A stretch of 64,000 nucleotides of DNA from Nitrospirota bacterium (GCA_039908505.1 JAMOAZ010000007.1:22317-86316); one strand, 5' to 3'; positions 54,139 to 63,510 are shown, counted from the first letter of the stretch. Program-made: numbers and translations. The notes: a model not told the origin generated them from the letters alone.

Positions 54139-55818
54139 ATGTCTTTTTTAAAATGCGATATCACTGGGTTTAACGTAGACAAACGCGTGTTACCCTTGAT
54201 AAAAGCAAACGCGGTGGTTTCTGTGGTTTCCCTTCTTTTAGCCGTACTAACCGCCATGCTGGTGCTTTTTACAAGGTGGCAGGTCGTTCATCTGCTACCG
54301 GTTGACTGGTATTACAGGATACTTACGCTGCATGGATTAGTGGCGCTTGTGGTGTGGATAGTGTTTTGGGAGATGGCTGGGCTTTATTTTGGCTCTACAA
54401 TAGTGTTGAACGCACGGCAGGTTGCACCCGGGGTGGGATGGCTTGCCTTTGTGCTCATGGTAGTGGGGACGGCACTGGTTTCCTTTGCGGTTTTAACCGG
54501 CAGGGCAGACGTGCTTTTCACCTCATACGTGCCGCTTAAGGCAAATCCAATTCATTATCTTGGTATAATACTCTTTGCAGTTGGCGCCCTAATTGTTTGT
54601 GGACTGTTTTTTGCAAATATTATCACAGCCAAAAAGGAAAAGACCTATGGTGACGGGCCGCTTCCCCTGTTCAGTTTTGGTTTGCTTACGGCAGCGATTT
54701 TGGCTGTCGGTACGCTATTGTCAGGAGCCGCTATTTATGTGCCAGTATTTCTCTGGTCATTAGGTTTAATCCAGTCTGTGGACAGTATTGTTTACAGGGT
54801 GGTATTTTGGGGCTTCGGGCATTCCGCCCAGCAGGTTAATGTTGCTGCGATGATATCGATATGGTATCTTGGGGCATTTCTCACAGTCGGCGGCACGTCT
54901 ATAAACGAGAGGGTAAGCAGGATGGCGTTCTTGTTTTATATGATTGGTATAAATCTCGCATCGGCTCACCATCTGCTTGTTGACCCGATTCCATCACCGG
55001 CATGGAAGATAGTAAACACCAGTTATTTTATGTATCTGGCCGTCCTTGCCTCTATGATACACGCCTTTGCAGTACCATCGGCGATTGAGGTTGCTCAGAG
55101 GAGGAGGGGGTATACAAAGGGACTGTTTGACTGGCTTAAGAACTGTCCATGGGGAAATCCAGCCTTTGTTGCGGTCTTTTTGGCCGTAGTTACCTTTGGA
55201 TTCATCGGAGGTATTACCGGTGTCATCAACGGTATGGAGCAGACCAACATGGTAGTTCATAATACGCTGGCGATTCCAGGTCATTTCAAAGGCACAGTAG
55301 TAAGCGGAACGACGCTTACGTTTATGGGTGCTACGTACTATCTGATTCCGCTTATATTCAGGAAAAAGATATCGTTCTTTGGTGTGGCCAAGGCGGCACC
55401 GTGGTTATTTGCAATCGGCATCGTGCTGCTTTCTGCCGGACTCTCTACGCTTGGTTATCTTGGAGTACCGAGGAGACATTGGGATACAACATTTTCCGGT
55501 GGGCCGTTTACCTACACATATCCTCCGATTGCGGACTTTTTATGGGTAGTAGCGGTAATTGGCGGCGTGATAGCATTCTTGGGTGCTATGGCATGGATTT
55601 TAGTAGTGGTTATTTCTGTATTTTTCGGAAAGCCGGTTACAGGGCCGGTAGACATGCAGCTGCCACTGGCTTCACCGCTTCCACCTGAGACTAAGTCACA
55701 TGAGTCAAAATTCGTTGCCCCGGGGACATTCGCGCTCACAATTATATTTATGTTAGCGTTTTTGATCTTTGCAACTATAAACTGGGGATGGTTAAGCATG
55801 ATGTGGGAGGTCAAGTAG
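54139..55818 (+). CDS. Heme-copper superfamily subunit I, B-family-derived; probable eNOR-type nitric oxide reductase
   Basis: H65; H228 in FWGFGHSAQQ with Gln232 at the Tyr cross-link position; H277-H278; H382-F-K384. Confidence 0.8.
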   Translation: MSFLKCDITGFNVDKRVLPLIKANAVVSVVSLLLAVLTAMLVLFTRWQVVHLLPVDWYYRILTLHGLVALVVWIVFWEMAGLYFGSTIVLNARQVAPGVGWLAFVLMVVGTALVSFAVLTGRADVLFTSYVPLKANPIHYLGIILFAVGALIVCGLFFANIITAKKEKTYGDGPLPLFSFGLLTAAILAVGTLLSGAAIYVPVFLWSLGLIQSVDSIVYRVVFWGFGHSAQQVNVAAMISIWYLGAFLTVGGTSINERVSRMAFLFYMIGINLASAHHLLVDPIPSPAWKIVNTSYFMYLAVLASMIHAFAVPSAIEVAQRRRGYTKGLFDWLKNCPWGNPAFVAVFLAVVTFGFIGGITGVINGMEQTNMVVHNTLAIPGHFKGTVVSGTTLTFMGATYYLIPLIFRKKISFFGVAKAAPWLFAIGIVLLSAGLSTLGYLGVPRRHWDTTFSGGPFTYTYPPIADFLWVVAVIGGVIAFLGAMAWILVVVISVFFGKPVTGPVDMQLPLASPLPPETKSHESKFVAPGTFALTIIFMLAFLIFATINWGWLSMMWEVK

Positions 55819-55822
55819 CCAT

Positions 55823-56629
55823 TTGAAGAGATTTCTCCTGACAGTTTACGTGGCTTTTACTGTCCTTACTGGCAGCGTCTGTGGCTATGGAGAGAAACTC
55901 ACATCGCCTAACGAGAAAGAGACGCTGGGCAAAGCAGTACCCAACGTAAGACTGTTTGACTCCTACGGCAAAGAGCGCACCATGATGGAAATAGTAGGGG
56001 GCAAACCCCTTATTATATCCATTATTTACACAAGGTGTGAGACGGCGTGCATTGTCATCACCGACGCTCTTACGTCAGTTGTTGAGAAGATGGGAGATAT
56101 TGGAAAGAACTATAATGTCCTTAGTCTCTCGTTTGACCCTTCGGACACACCAGAGATGCTGGCAAAGTTCAGGACGACATGGGGGCTTAACGCAACCGGA
56201 TGGATAGTTGCAAGCGGTCAGGACAGTGAATTGAAAAGGCTGCTGAGTGCAATTGGATTTTCGTATAAACTTGACAAGGGGACGGGTGAGTTCATTCATC
56301 CCAACCTCCTTGTCATACTTACCCCTGATGGCAGGATATCGAGATATATCTACGGCGTGAACTATGATGACAAGAATCTGAAATTGACTCTGTTAGACGC
56401 CAAAAGGGGCACTTCGACATTGAGCGTTATGGAAGGGGTGCTACTCTGGTGCTATCAATATGACCCTGTGACTGGTGCATATACCTTTGATTGGCCATTT
56501 TTACTTGAGCTCATAAGCGGGATTGCCTTTTTTATGTCCCTGTTATTTTTTTTCTTTGCCAAAAAAGTAGTCAGCTGTTTACGTAAATTTGCTGGTTCTA
56601 TGATTGAACAGAAAAGTCTGTCAGAATAG
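55823..56629 (+). CDS. SCO-family copper chaperone
   Basis: YTRCETAC (CxxxC), SLSFDPSDTP, FIHP, C-terminal TM. Confidence 0.92.
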   Translation: MKRFLLTVYVAFTVLTGSVCGYGEKLTSPNEKETLGKAVPNVRLFDSYGKERTMMEIVGGKPLIISIIYTRCETACIVITDALTSVVEKMGDIGKNYNVLSLSFDPSDTPEMLAKFRTTWGLNATGWIVASGQDSELKRLLSAIGFSYKLDKGTGEFIHPNLLVILTPDGRISRYIYGVNYDDKNLKLTLLDAKRGTSTLSVMEGVLLWCYQYDPVTGAYTFDWPFLLELISGIAFFMSLLFFFFAKKVVSCLRKFAGSMIEQKSLSE

Positions 56630-56734
56630 CCTGCCTTATATATTTTCATAAATATTTCGTTTTTAGAGAGGTTTCGTTTATAATACCCCCAAGATGAGAA
56701 AGATGAAAGAATACAAAATACTTCTCAGGCCATT

Positions 56735-57691
56735 ATGCAAGCCGTAGAGAGAAAAGGGCCACTTCGGATAGGTCTCATAGGCGTTGGATATTTCGGTAAA
56801 CACCACGGGCGTATCGTTACTGAGCTTGAAGGTGCCATGCTGACCGCCGTATGCGACATAGACTTTTCAAGGGCAGAGGAGGCCGCGAAAAAATATCACT
56901 GTCAGGCGTTTGCCACTGTCGATGACGCTCTACCCTCCTCGGATGCCTTTATCATAGCAACCCCCACGCAGACACACAGCGGCATTGCTATGAAGTGTCT
57001 GCGGGCAGGTAAGCATGTTTTTGTTGAGAAGCCCATAACAGAGGCTGTTGACGAGGCCAGTCAATTGATAGATGAGGCCAATAAGCGCGGCCTCATACTT
57101 CAGGTTGGACATGTGGAAAGATATAACGCCGGAGTGAGAAAGCTGAGTACATTGCTGGATTCACCATCATATATCGAGACCCAGCGGCTGTCACCGCTTA
57201 TAGAACGTGCGGCAGGCATAGATGTTACCCTTGATCTGATGATTCACGACATTGATATTGTGCTTTCCATTGCCAAATCACCGGTTAAGTCTATAAATGC
57301 TGCCGGGGCAAGTGTATTAACCGGCTGCATAGACACGGCAAAGGCATGGATTGAGTTTGACAGCGGGCTTAAGGCACTTTTAACTGCTGGCAGATTATCC
57401 ACAGATAAACGGAGGACGTTGACGGTATCGCAGAGAAACGAATGCCTGTTATTGGATTATCAAAGCGGCATGATAACAAAATATATAAGAAATGGTTCGA
57501 CGATAAAGGCAATCCCCATGGATGAGCCGCCTATGGCAGAGCCACTAAAAGAAGAGCTCAGGAGTTTTACCGAGAGCGTCTTAACTGGGAAAAAACCGGT
57601 AGTAACCGGTGAGTGCGGGCGAAAGGCTCTAAGCCTTGCCCTCAGTATAGGAAATATAATAAGGGAAAGCGTAAGTAGTGTGATGATATGA
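56735..57691 (+). CDS. Gfo/Idh/MocA oxidoreductase, GnnA-like (UDP-GlcNAc 3-dehydrogenase)
   Basis: GVGYFGKHH, HVFVEKPI, QVGHVERYN, DLMIHDID; context upstream of lpxB. Confidence 0.8.
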   Translation: MQAVERKGPLRIGLIGVGYFGKHHGRIVTELEGAMLTAVCDIDFSRAEEAAKKYHCQAFATVDDALPSSDAFIIATPTQTHSGIAMKCLRAGKHVFVEKPITEAVDEASQLIDEANKRGLILQVGHVERYNAGVRKLSTLLDSPSYIETQRLSPLIERAAGIDVTLDLMIHDIDIVLSIAKSPVKSINAAGASVLTGCIDTAKAWIEFDSGLKALLTAGRLSTDKRRTLTVSQRNECLLLDYQSGMITKYIRNGSTIKAIPMDEPPMAEPLKEELRSFTESVLTGKKPVVTGECGRKALSLALSIGNIIRESVSSVMI

Positions 57692-58779
57692 TACCTATGT
57701 TGGATTTGAGAAAGGAGTTCCTCGATATCGAGGATGAGGTTGTTGCTGCGGTGATTGATGTACTCAAGGGCACGAGATATGTGTTAGGCCCTGAGGTGGA
57801 GGCATTTGAGAGGCGCTTGGCCGAATATCACGGGCTGTCCTACGGCGCTGGTGTGGGTTCAGGTACCGGGGCGTTGTTTTTAAGCCTAGCATCCCTTTCT
57901 ATATCACCGGGTGACGAGATTATTACAACACCGTTTACTTTTTTTGCTACAGTTGAGAGCATTCTGTATGTCGGCGCTAAACCGGTCTTTGTCGATATTG
58001 ACACAAAAACGCTGAATATCGACGTGGACTTAATTGAAGCAAAGATAACGAAAAAGACAAAGGCAATCATGCCGGTGCATCTTTTCGGACTGCCATGTGA
58101 TATGAAACGCATCATGGCGCTGGCAAAGAAGTACAATCTATATGTAATTGAAGACTGTGCACAGTCCTTCGGCTCATCGATAGATGGAAAACTTACCGGC
58201 ACGTTTGGCAATGCAGGGTGTTTTAGTTTTTATCCAAGCAAGAACCTTGGCTGCTATGGCGACGGCGGGGCGGTTGTCATGGACAGTCAGCAGATGTATG
58301 AAAATATACTGGCTCTGAGGAATCACGGCTCACGGGGAAACTATATCCACAGCGTAGTTGGTTTTAACAGCAGGCTTGATGAAATTCAAGCGGCGATACT
58401 GCTGATAAAACTCACAAAGGTTGAGCGTAACAATGCAATGAGAAGAGAAAACGCTGCACTCTATTCGTCGCTTTTAAGCAGCTCTGTGATGTGTCCTTAT
58501 ATCCCCGAAGGATATGTGAGTAATTATCATCAGTACACGGTACGCTCTCCTCACAGAGATAAAATAAAGGAAGCCCTGCACGCTGCCGGTATATCATCGG
58601 TAGTCTACTATCCGCTGCCGATTCACTTACAAAAACCGCTGGAGCAGTTCGGTTTTAGAAAGGGGGACTTCCCTGTTGCCGAGACTGCCTCGCAGCAGGT
58701 GTTGTCGCTTCCCGTGTACCCTGGTCTGAGCAAAGAGGCAATTGGGATGATTTCCGAAGTAATAATAAAATGCCTGTAA
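57688..58779 (+). CDS. DegT/DnrJ aminotransferase, GnnB-like
   Basis: VGSGTGAL, VIEDCAQSFG, FSFYPSKNLGCYGDGG (PLP Lys present), NSRLDEIQAA. Confidence 0.85.
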   Translation: MIPMLDLRKEFLDIEDEVVAAVIDVLKGTRYVLGPEVEAFERRLAEYHGLSYGAGVGSGTGALFLSLASLSISPGDEIITTPFTFFATVESILYVGAKPVFVDIDTKTLNIDVDLIEAKITKKTKAIMPVHLFGLPCDMKRIMALAKKYNLYVIEDCAQSFGSSIDGKLTGTFGNAGCFSFYPSKNLGCYGDGGAVVMDSQQMYENILALRNHGSRGNYIHSVVGFNSRLDEIQAAILLIKLTKVERNNAMRRENAALYSSLLSSSVMCPYIPEGYVSNYHQYTVRSPHRDKIKEALHAAGISSVVYYPLPIHLQKPLEQFGFRKGDFPVAETASQQVLSLPVYPGLSKEAIGMISEVIIKCL

Positions 58780-59903
58780 GGGTTATGATAATTGCAGGGG
58801 AGTCATCAGGTGAGCTATATGGCGCTATGCTTGCCAGGAGACTCAAGGAGATGTGGCCAGACTTATTACTTTTAGGCATAGGCGGAGAGAAAATGGAGGC
58901 TTCCGGTGTGGAGCTTCTAAGTGGCATTAACAGCGCCTTTGGTGGTGTCGGGGCGTTGTCATCAGTAAAGCATTTGATAGCATCCTATAAAAAGCTCAAA
59001 GATGTCTTTAAGACCATTCGGGTTGATGTGGTAGTGCTTATTGATTTCCCAGATTTTAATCTGAAGGTGGCAAAGGCTGCCAAGAAAAGCGGTATAAAAG
59101 TCCTCTACTATGTAAGTCCACAGGTGTGGGCATGGAGGATGGGCAGGATAAAGAAAGTTGCACGCAGAAGCGATGTTATTGCCGCTATACTGCCTTTCGA
59201 GCCTGAAATCTATGCGAAGGAAAATGTCTACTGTGAATTCGTTGGGCACCCCATTGTCGAGGAATTAAATACCCATGTGATTGACAAAAACGCCTTAATG
59301 AGGGAATTCTCTCTTGATGCAGAGCGCCCGGTGATAGGGATGCTTCCGGGCAGCAGGACGGGTGAGCTTGGCAGACATCTGCCAGTGCTTATTGATACCA
59401 TAAAAATACTGAAATCTCAGCGCCCTGAGTTTCAGTATCTGATGCCCATTGCCCCGAATCTGACAATAGGCGAGTTTGGTCAGATGTTTGCCGAGTTAGC
59501 GGCGCTGGATGTAAAACTAATAGATGGACGGGCGGTTGAGGTGCTGTCGATATGTGACCTGGCCGTAGTGAAATCTGGGACTGCTGCATTTCAGGCCGCG
59601 CTCATAGGCGTACCGATTGTGGTTATCTATAAGATGGCCGCGCTGGACTATAATATTATCAAAAGGATAATTGAAGTTAAGTATATAAATCTCGTCAATT
59701 TGATTTATGACGCCCCTGTGGTAAAGGAACTCATTCAGGAGATGGCAGTCCCTGAGGCAATAGTAGGGGAATTATTAAAACTGTACGAAGACATTGACTT
59801 ACGCAGCGAAACGCTTGAGAAGTTTAAACGCTTGAGAGAGATATTTGACCAGAAGAATCCGACAAACCGTGTTGCTGAACTGATTGCACAATTGATTGCC
59901 TAA
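58770..59903 (+). CDS. lpxB: Lipid A disaccharide synthase
   Basis: AGESSGELYG, IDFPDFN, YYVSPQVWAWR, FVGHP, LPGSR..E, KSGT. Confidence 0.96.
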   Translation: MPVRVMIIAGESSGELYGAMLARRLKEMWPDLLLLGIGGEKMEASGVELLSGINSAFGGVGALSSVKHLIASYKKLKDVFKTIRVDVVVLIDFPDFNLKVAKAAKKSGIKVLYYVSPQVWAWRMGRIKKVARRSDVIAAILPFEPEIYAKENVYCEFVGHPIVEELNTHVIDKNALMREFSLDAERPVIGMLPGSRTGELGRHLPVLIDTIKILKSQRPEFQYLMPIAPNLTIGEFGQMFAELAALDVKLIDGRAVEVLSICDLAVVKSGTAAFQAALIGVPIVVIYKMAALDYNIIKRIIEVKYINLVNLIYDAPVVKELIQEMAVPEAIVGELLKLYEDIDLRSETLEKFKRLREIFDQKNPTNRVAELIAQLIA

Positions 59904-59909
59904 GTAACC

Positions 59910-61166
59910 ATGACATTTATCTACCGAATATTATATTTTACTGCCCTTTTAGCGCTTGTCCCACTTGAGTACTTTAGGAGGCCGAAGGGTTTAAGAGCGC
60001 GTTGGTTTTCAGAGAGACTGGGCAGGATTGACTTCACAAAAAAGGATACCTCATCCCCCACAATCTGGATTCATGCGGTATCGGTAGGGGAGACCATAAC
60101 GGCTGTCTCGCTCATACGCCGCATCGTTACTGAGATAAGCCCGCACATTGTCCTCTCCACAGTAACCGACACGGGGCAGCAGATGGCAAAGGATAAGCTA
60201 CCTGAGGGCGTGAAGGTCATCTATGTACCATTTGACAGTAAATCGGCGGTAAGGCGGGCGATTAAGGCAGTAAATCCTGACATATTTATTGTAATGGAGA
60301 CAGAGTTATGGCCGTGTATATTCAGTGAGATGAAAAAACAAAACATACCGGTTGTGATATTAAATGGCCGCATATCTGAAAAATCCTTCGGGGGATACAG
60401 GAAGATACGCTTTTTTATGAAACATGTTCTGCGCAGCGTAACGTTGTTTGGAATGCAGAGTGAGATATACTCTGAAAGAATCAAGGCAATGGGAGCTGAC
60501 ACCCCGGCGGTTAAGACATTGGGGAATTTCAAATTCGACACTGCGCCGTCACCTGAAATCCCACAGTGGGCGCTAAGGCTTACACATCCTATACTTGTAA
60601 TTGGCAGCACACACGAAAAGGAAGAGGCCATTTTAATAGGCACACTAAGGAGGCTCCAGGCAGACATTGAGAGCTTGTCAGTGGTCATGGCCCCACGCCA
60701 TCCACAGCGGTTTGACGAGGCAGCCGCGATTTTGGACTCAGCAGGTATTCCATTCGTAAGAAGAAGCCAGTTGTCAGACACAGCCACAGCGCCTGCGTCA
60801 TTTGTCCTGCTTGATACGATAGGGGAGTTGGCGTCGGTTTACGGGGCTGCCGATGTCTGTGTAATGGGCGGGAGTTTTGTACCAAAGGGTGGGCATAACC
60901 TGCTTGAGCCGGCCTATTGGGGAAAGCCCATAGTGTGCGGCCCGCACATGGAGAATTTCCCGATGACGGTGGAATTCACAGATGCCAATGCCGCCGTTAC
61001 CGCTGATGTCGATAATACCGGTGACCTGTACGATATACTTTTTGCGCTGCTTTCAGATGAGGCAGTAAGACTTGAAATGGGCAGCATGGCCAGAGAACTC
61101 TATCAAAAAAACTCAGGGGCTATCGACAACGCCCTCAGGGAATTAAAGACAATCCTCCGGCGATAA
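59910..61166 (+). CDS. waaA: Kdo transferase
   Basis: WIHAVSVGE, METELWP, NGRIS, GNFKFD, GSTHEKEE, APRHPQR, DTIGEL, GGHNLLEPA. Confidence 0.96.
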   Translation: MTFIYRILYFTALLALVPLEYFRRPKGLRARWFSERLGRIDFTKKDTSSPTIWIHAVSVGETITAVSLIRRIVTEISPHIVLSTVTDTGQQMAKDKLPEGVKVIYVPFDSKSAVRRAIKAVNPDIFIVMETELWPCIFSEMKKQNIPVVILNGRISEKSFGGYRKIRFFMKHVLRSVTLFGMQSEIYSERIKAMGADTPAVKTLGNFKFDTAPSPEIPQWALRLTHPILVIGSTHEKEEAILIGTLRRLQADIESLSVVMAPRHPQRFDEAAAILDSAGIPFVRRSQLSDTATAPASFVLLDTIGELASVYGAADVCVMGGSFVPKGGHNLLEPAYWGKPIVCGPHMENFPMTVEFTDANAAVTADVDNTGDLYDILFALLSDEAVRLEMGSMARELYQKNSGAIDNALRELKTILRR

Positions 61167-61369
61167 TGCCAAAACGAGTTCGCAGTAAATCTCTAAGCAC
61201 TGCTTAAGCAAAAAAATATATTGAATAAGAGCAATGGTTGAGCAGGTGGTATCACATTAACCTCAGGATATAATAATAGTCATGCAGTAATCAAATGCCC
61301 AACGGAGAGGCTGCCCAGTGAGAAGCCGACTATGGAGTTAATCGCTGCTGATTCAGACTCATAAAATCA

Positions 61370-61401
61370 AGAAAGGCAAGGGCGCAAACCCTTGCCTTTC
61401 T
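61370..61401 (-). terminator. Intrinsic terminator for the small-peptide genes (possibly bidirectional)
   Basis: Perfect 13-bp stem AGAAAGGCAAGGG/CCCTTGCCTTTCT with a 6-nt loop; U-rich tail on the minus strand. Confidence 0.85.
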
Positions 61402-61422
61402 ATGTGCAACCTTGAGAGAGAG

Positions 61423-61599
61423 TTACTTCTTCTCTTCTTTCTTCTCTTCTTTCTTAGCGTCTTTCGCATCTTTCTTAGCGTCTTTCATATCTTTCTTAGC
61501 GTCAGGGGCAGGGGCTGCTGGCTTGTCTTCTGCGAATACTGCGCTGGTCATTGATAATGCAAACAGGGCTGCTACGAGTAAGGTCATCAGTTTCTTCAT
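61423..61599 (-). CDS. Small exported Lys/Asp/Ala-rich peptide (58 aa, not in ORF track)
   Basis: MKKLMTLLVAALFALSMTSAVFA|EDKPAAPAPDAKKDMKDAKKDAKDAKKEEKKEEKK; SD AAGGAG. Confidence 0.85.
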   Translation of the reverse strand: MKKLMTLLVAALFALSMTSAVFAEDKPAAPAPDAKKDMKDAKKDAKDAKKEEKKEEKK

Positions 61600-61639
61600 T
61601 TTGGTCTCCTTTTAGTTAGTTAGTTTTATATTCTACGGC

Positions 61640-61855
61640 TTAGTGAGCTGCCGGTGCTGCGTCATCAGCCTTTGCGGCCTTTTTGCTCTTTTTGCCTTTT
61701 TTGGCTTTCTTGCTCTTCTTCGCTACCGTTACGTCATCGGTCTTAGGGGCTTCCATCGCAGGGGCTCCAGCCGCTGGTGCATCTGATGCAAACGATACTG
61801 CGCTAAAGGACACAAGCATTGCTAAACTGAACAACATCGCAAATATTTTCTTCAC
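61640..61855 (-). CDS. Small exported Ala/Lys-rich peptide (Asr-like low complexity)
   Basis: Signal peptide ending SFA; KKSKKAKKGKKSKKAAK tract; SD AGGAGG. Confidence 0.85.
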   Translation of the reverse strand: MKKIFAMLFSLAMLVSFSAVSFASDAPAAGAPAMEAPKTDDVTVAKKSKKAKKGKKSKKAAKADDAAPAAH

Positions 61856-61943
61856 TTTTTACACCTCCTTTTAAATTAGTTATATGTTTTACGCTTGCTT
61901 CGCTTTCTTTTATCCTGTTCGTTCTCTTGACATTATAGTATAT

Positions 61944-61959
61944 TGCAAACATCGTGCCA
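61944..61959 (-). promoter_or_regulatory. sigma54 (RpoN) -24/-12 promoter
   Basis: Minus strand TGGCAC-GATGT-TTGCA, an exact consensus match, about 90 nt upstream of the ATG at 61855. Confidence 0.8.
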
Positions 61960-62082
61960 ATCATTAGTTGGTGAGTTTGCTGGCATTTACACCTATAACC
62001 ACTGCAGCTCTGTTCCTATATAGTAATTCTCATCCTTATATGAGGAAGTGTGGGTTGCAGACTTGTGAGTGCTGCAGTGTAT

Positions 62083-63510
62083 TTATTTCTTTAATATTCC
62101 TTCAACCGTCTTAATCTCTATAATACTATTCTTGCCTACTTGTCCAAATACGCTGCCATGGATTAACAAAATCGTATCTCCTTGCATGGCAAATTCCCTC
62201 TCCTGGACGAACTCATTTGCTTTTCTTTCGAGTTCTTCCTTTGATTTGATAGTTGTATCTAGGACAGGTATTACGCCCCAGTACAGGTGCATCCTTCTCA
62301 CCGCTTCGATGCTTGGCGTGAAAATTATAATTGGTGCAAATGGTCTGCTTTTGGAAAGATATACAGAAGTTCCCCCTGAGGGCGAATAGGCGCATATTGC
62401 CTTGACAGCTAAATCCCTGGAAAACTGCAATACTGCCCGAGATATGGCATTATGCACTTCAGTGGATGTATTGATATGTACCCAGTTCCATTTAGGAGGG
62501 TGTTGTTTTAAATACTTTTCAGTTGTCCTGGCAATATGTTTCATGGTTTTTACCGTTACTATGGGATACTTGCCTACTGCTGTTTCACCTGAGAGCATCA
62601 CTGCATCTGTACCATCTATAACCGCATTTGCTACATCTGTTACCTCTGCACGGGTTGGGAACGGGCTTTCTATCATGGATTCGAGCATTTGTGTTGCCGT
62701 TATTACATATCTGTCAGCTGCATTTGCCTTGTGTATGATTTGTTTTTGCAGCAATGGTACCTCGGCAAGGTCCATTTCCACTCCAAGGTCTCCCCTGGCA
62801 ACCATCACCCCGTCAGCTTCATGGATTATCTCATCTATATGGGCTATGGCCTCGGGTTTTTCTATTTTTGCGATAATCCGTATATCCTTAGCGCCCACTA
62901 TGTTACGCAGTTGTCTTATGTCATTTGCATCCCTGACAAAGGAAAGTGCAACGAAATCTACCTTTTCGCTGAGGCCAAATTCCAGGTCATCCCTGTCCTT
63001 GTCTGTAAGCGCCGGAGAGGATATTTTACTGCCGGGGAGGTTCATGCCCTTAGAACTTTTTAAAAGTCCGCCTCTTATAACTGTACAAAAAACCTGAGCC
63101 TTATCCACACTATCCACTCTTAATTCCATAGAGCCGTCATCAAGGAGTATTTTCTCGCCAGGATGTACATCCCTTGTCAATAATTCGTATATACATGAAA
63201 AGCGCTCCTCAGTGCCTATGACATTCTCAGTGACAATAGATACTTTTGCACCTTCCAATAGCTGTACCCCACCAGGCTGCATTTTCCCTGTACGGATTTT
63301 AGGACCGCAGAGGTCCTGCAACAGGGCAACCTCTATGCCGATTTTCTGGGATACCCTTCTGATTAAATCTATCCTTTCCTTGTGTTCAGCATGAGCGCCA
63401 TGAGAGAAGTTCAATCTGAAAACATCCACACCTGCCTTTATCAATTCTTCTACACCCTTATCATTTGATGTCTCAGGGCCTAAGGTGGCAACAATTTTTG
63501 TATAAGTCAT
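62083..63510 (-). CDS. pyk: Pyruvate kinase
   Basis: TKIVATLGP, FRLNFSHG, DLCGPKIR, IAKIEK, MVARGDLGVE, ATQMLESM, PTRAE, DAVMLSGETA; start set at ATG 63510. Confidence 0.97.
   Translation of the reverse strand: MTYTKIVATLGPETSNDKGVEELIKAGVDVFRLNFSHGAHAEHKERIDLIRRVSQKIGIEVALLQDLCGPKIRTGKMQPGGVQLLEGAKVSIVTENVIGTEERFSCIYELLTRDVHPGEKILLDDGSMELRVDSVDKAQVFCTVIRGGLLKSSKGMNLPGSKISSPALTDKDRDDLEFGLSEKVDFVALSFVRDANDIRQLRNIVGAKDIRIIAKIEKPEAIAHIDEIIHEADGVMVARGDLGVEMDLAEVPLLQKQIIHKANAADRYVITATQMLESMIESPFPTRAEVTDVANAVIDGTDAVMLSGETAVGKYPIVTVKTMKHIARTTEKYLKQHPPKWNWVHINTSTEVHNAISRAVLQFSRDLAVKAICAYSPSGGTSVYLSKSRPFAPIIIFTPSIEAVRRMHLYWGVIPVLDTTIKSKEELERKANEFVQEREFAMQGDTILLIHGSVFGQVGKNSIIEIKTVEGILKK

Noticed and set aside
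54139-55818. Annotation as a ba3/cbb3 oxygen reductase subunit I
   Set aside because: The cross-link Tyr is absent at H+4 (Gln), and the CuA subunit II excludes cbb3
61927-61956. Plus-strand TTGACA promoter
   Set aside because: No -10 at 17-18 bp and no plus-strand gene downstream; it lies next to the better-supported minus-strand sigma54 site
5427-63394. Numerous 60-260 aa ORFs overlapping well-supported genes on the opposite strand or another frame (e.g. 5427-6209, 21286-21819, 32300-32821, 62402-63097)
   Set aside because: No motifs, no SD, and fully explained as shadows of conserved genes
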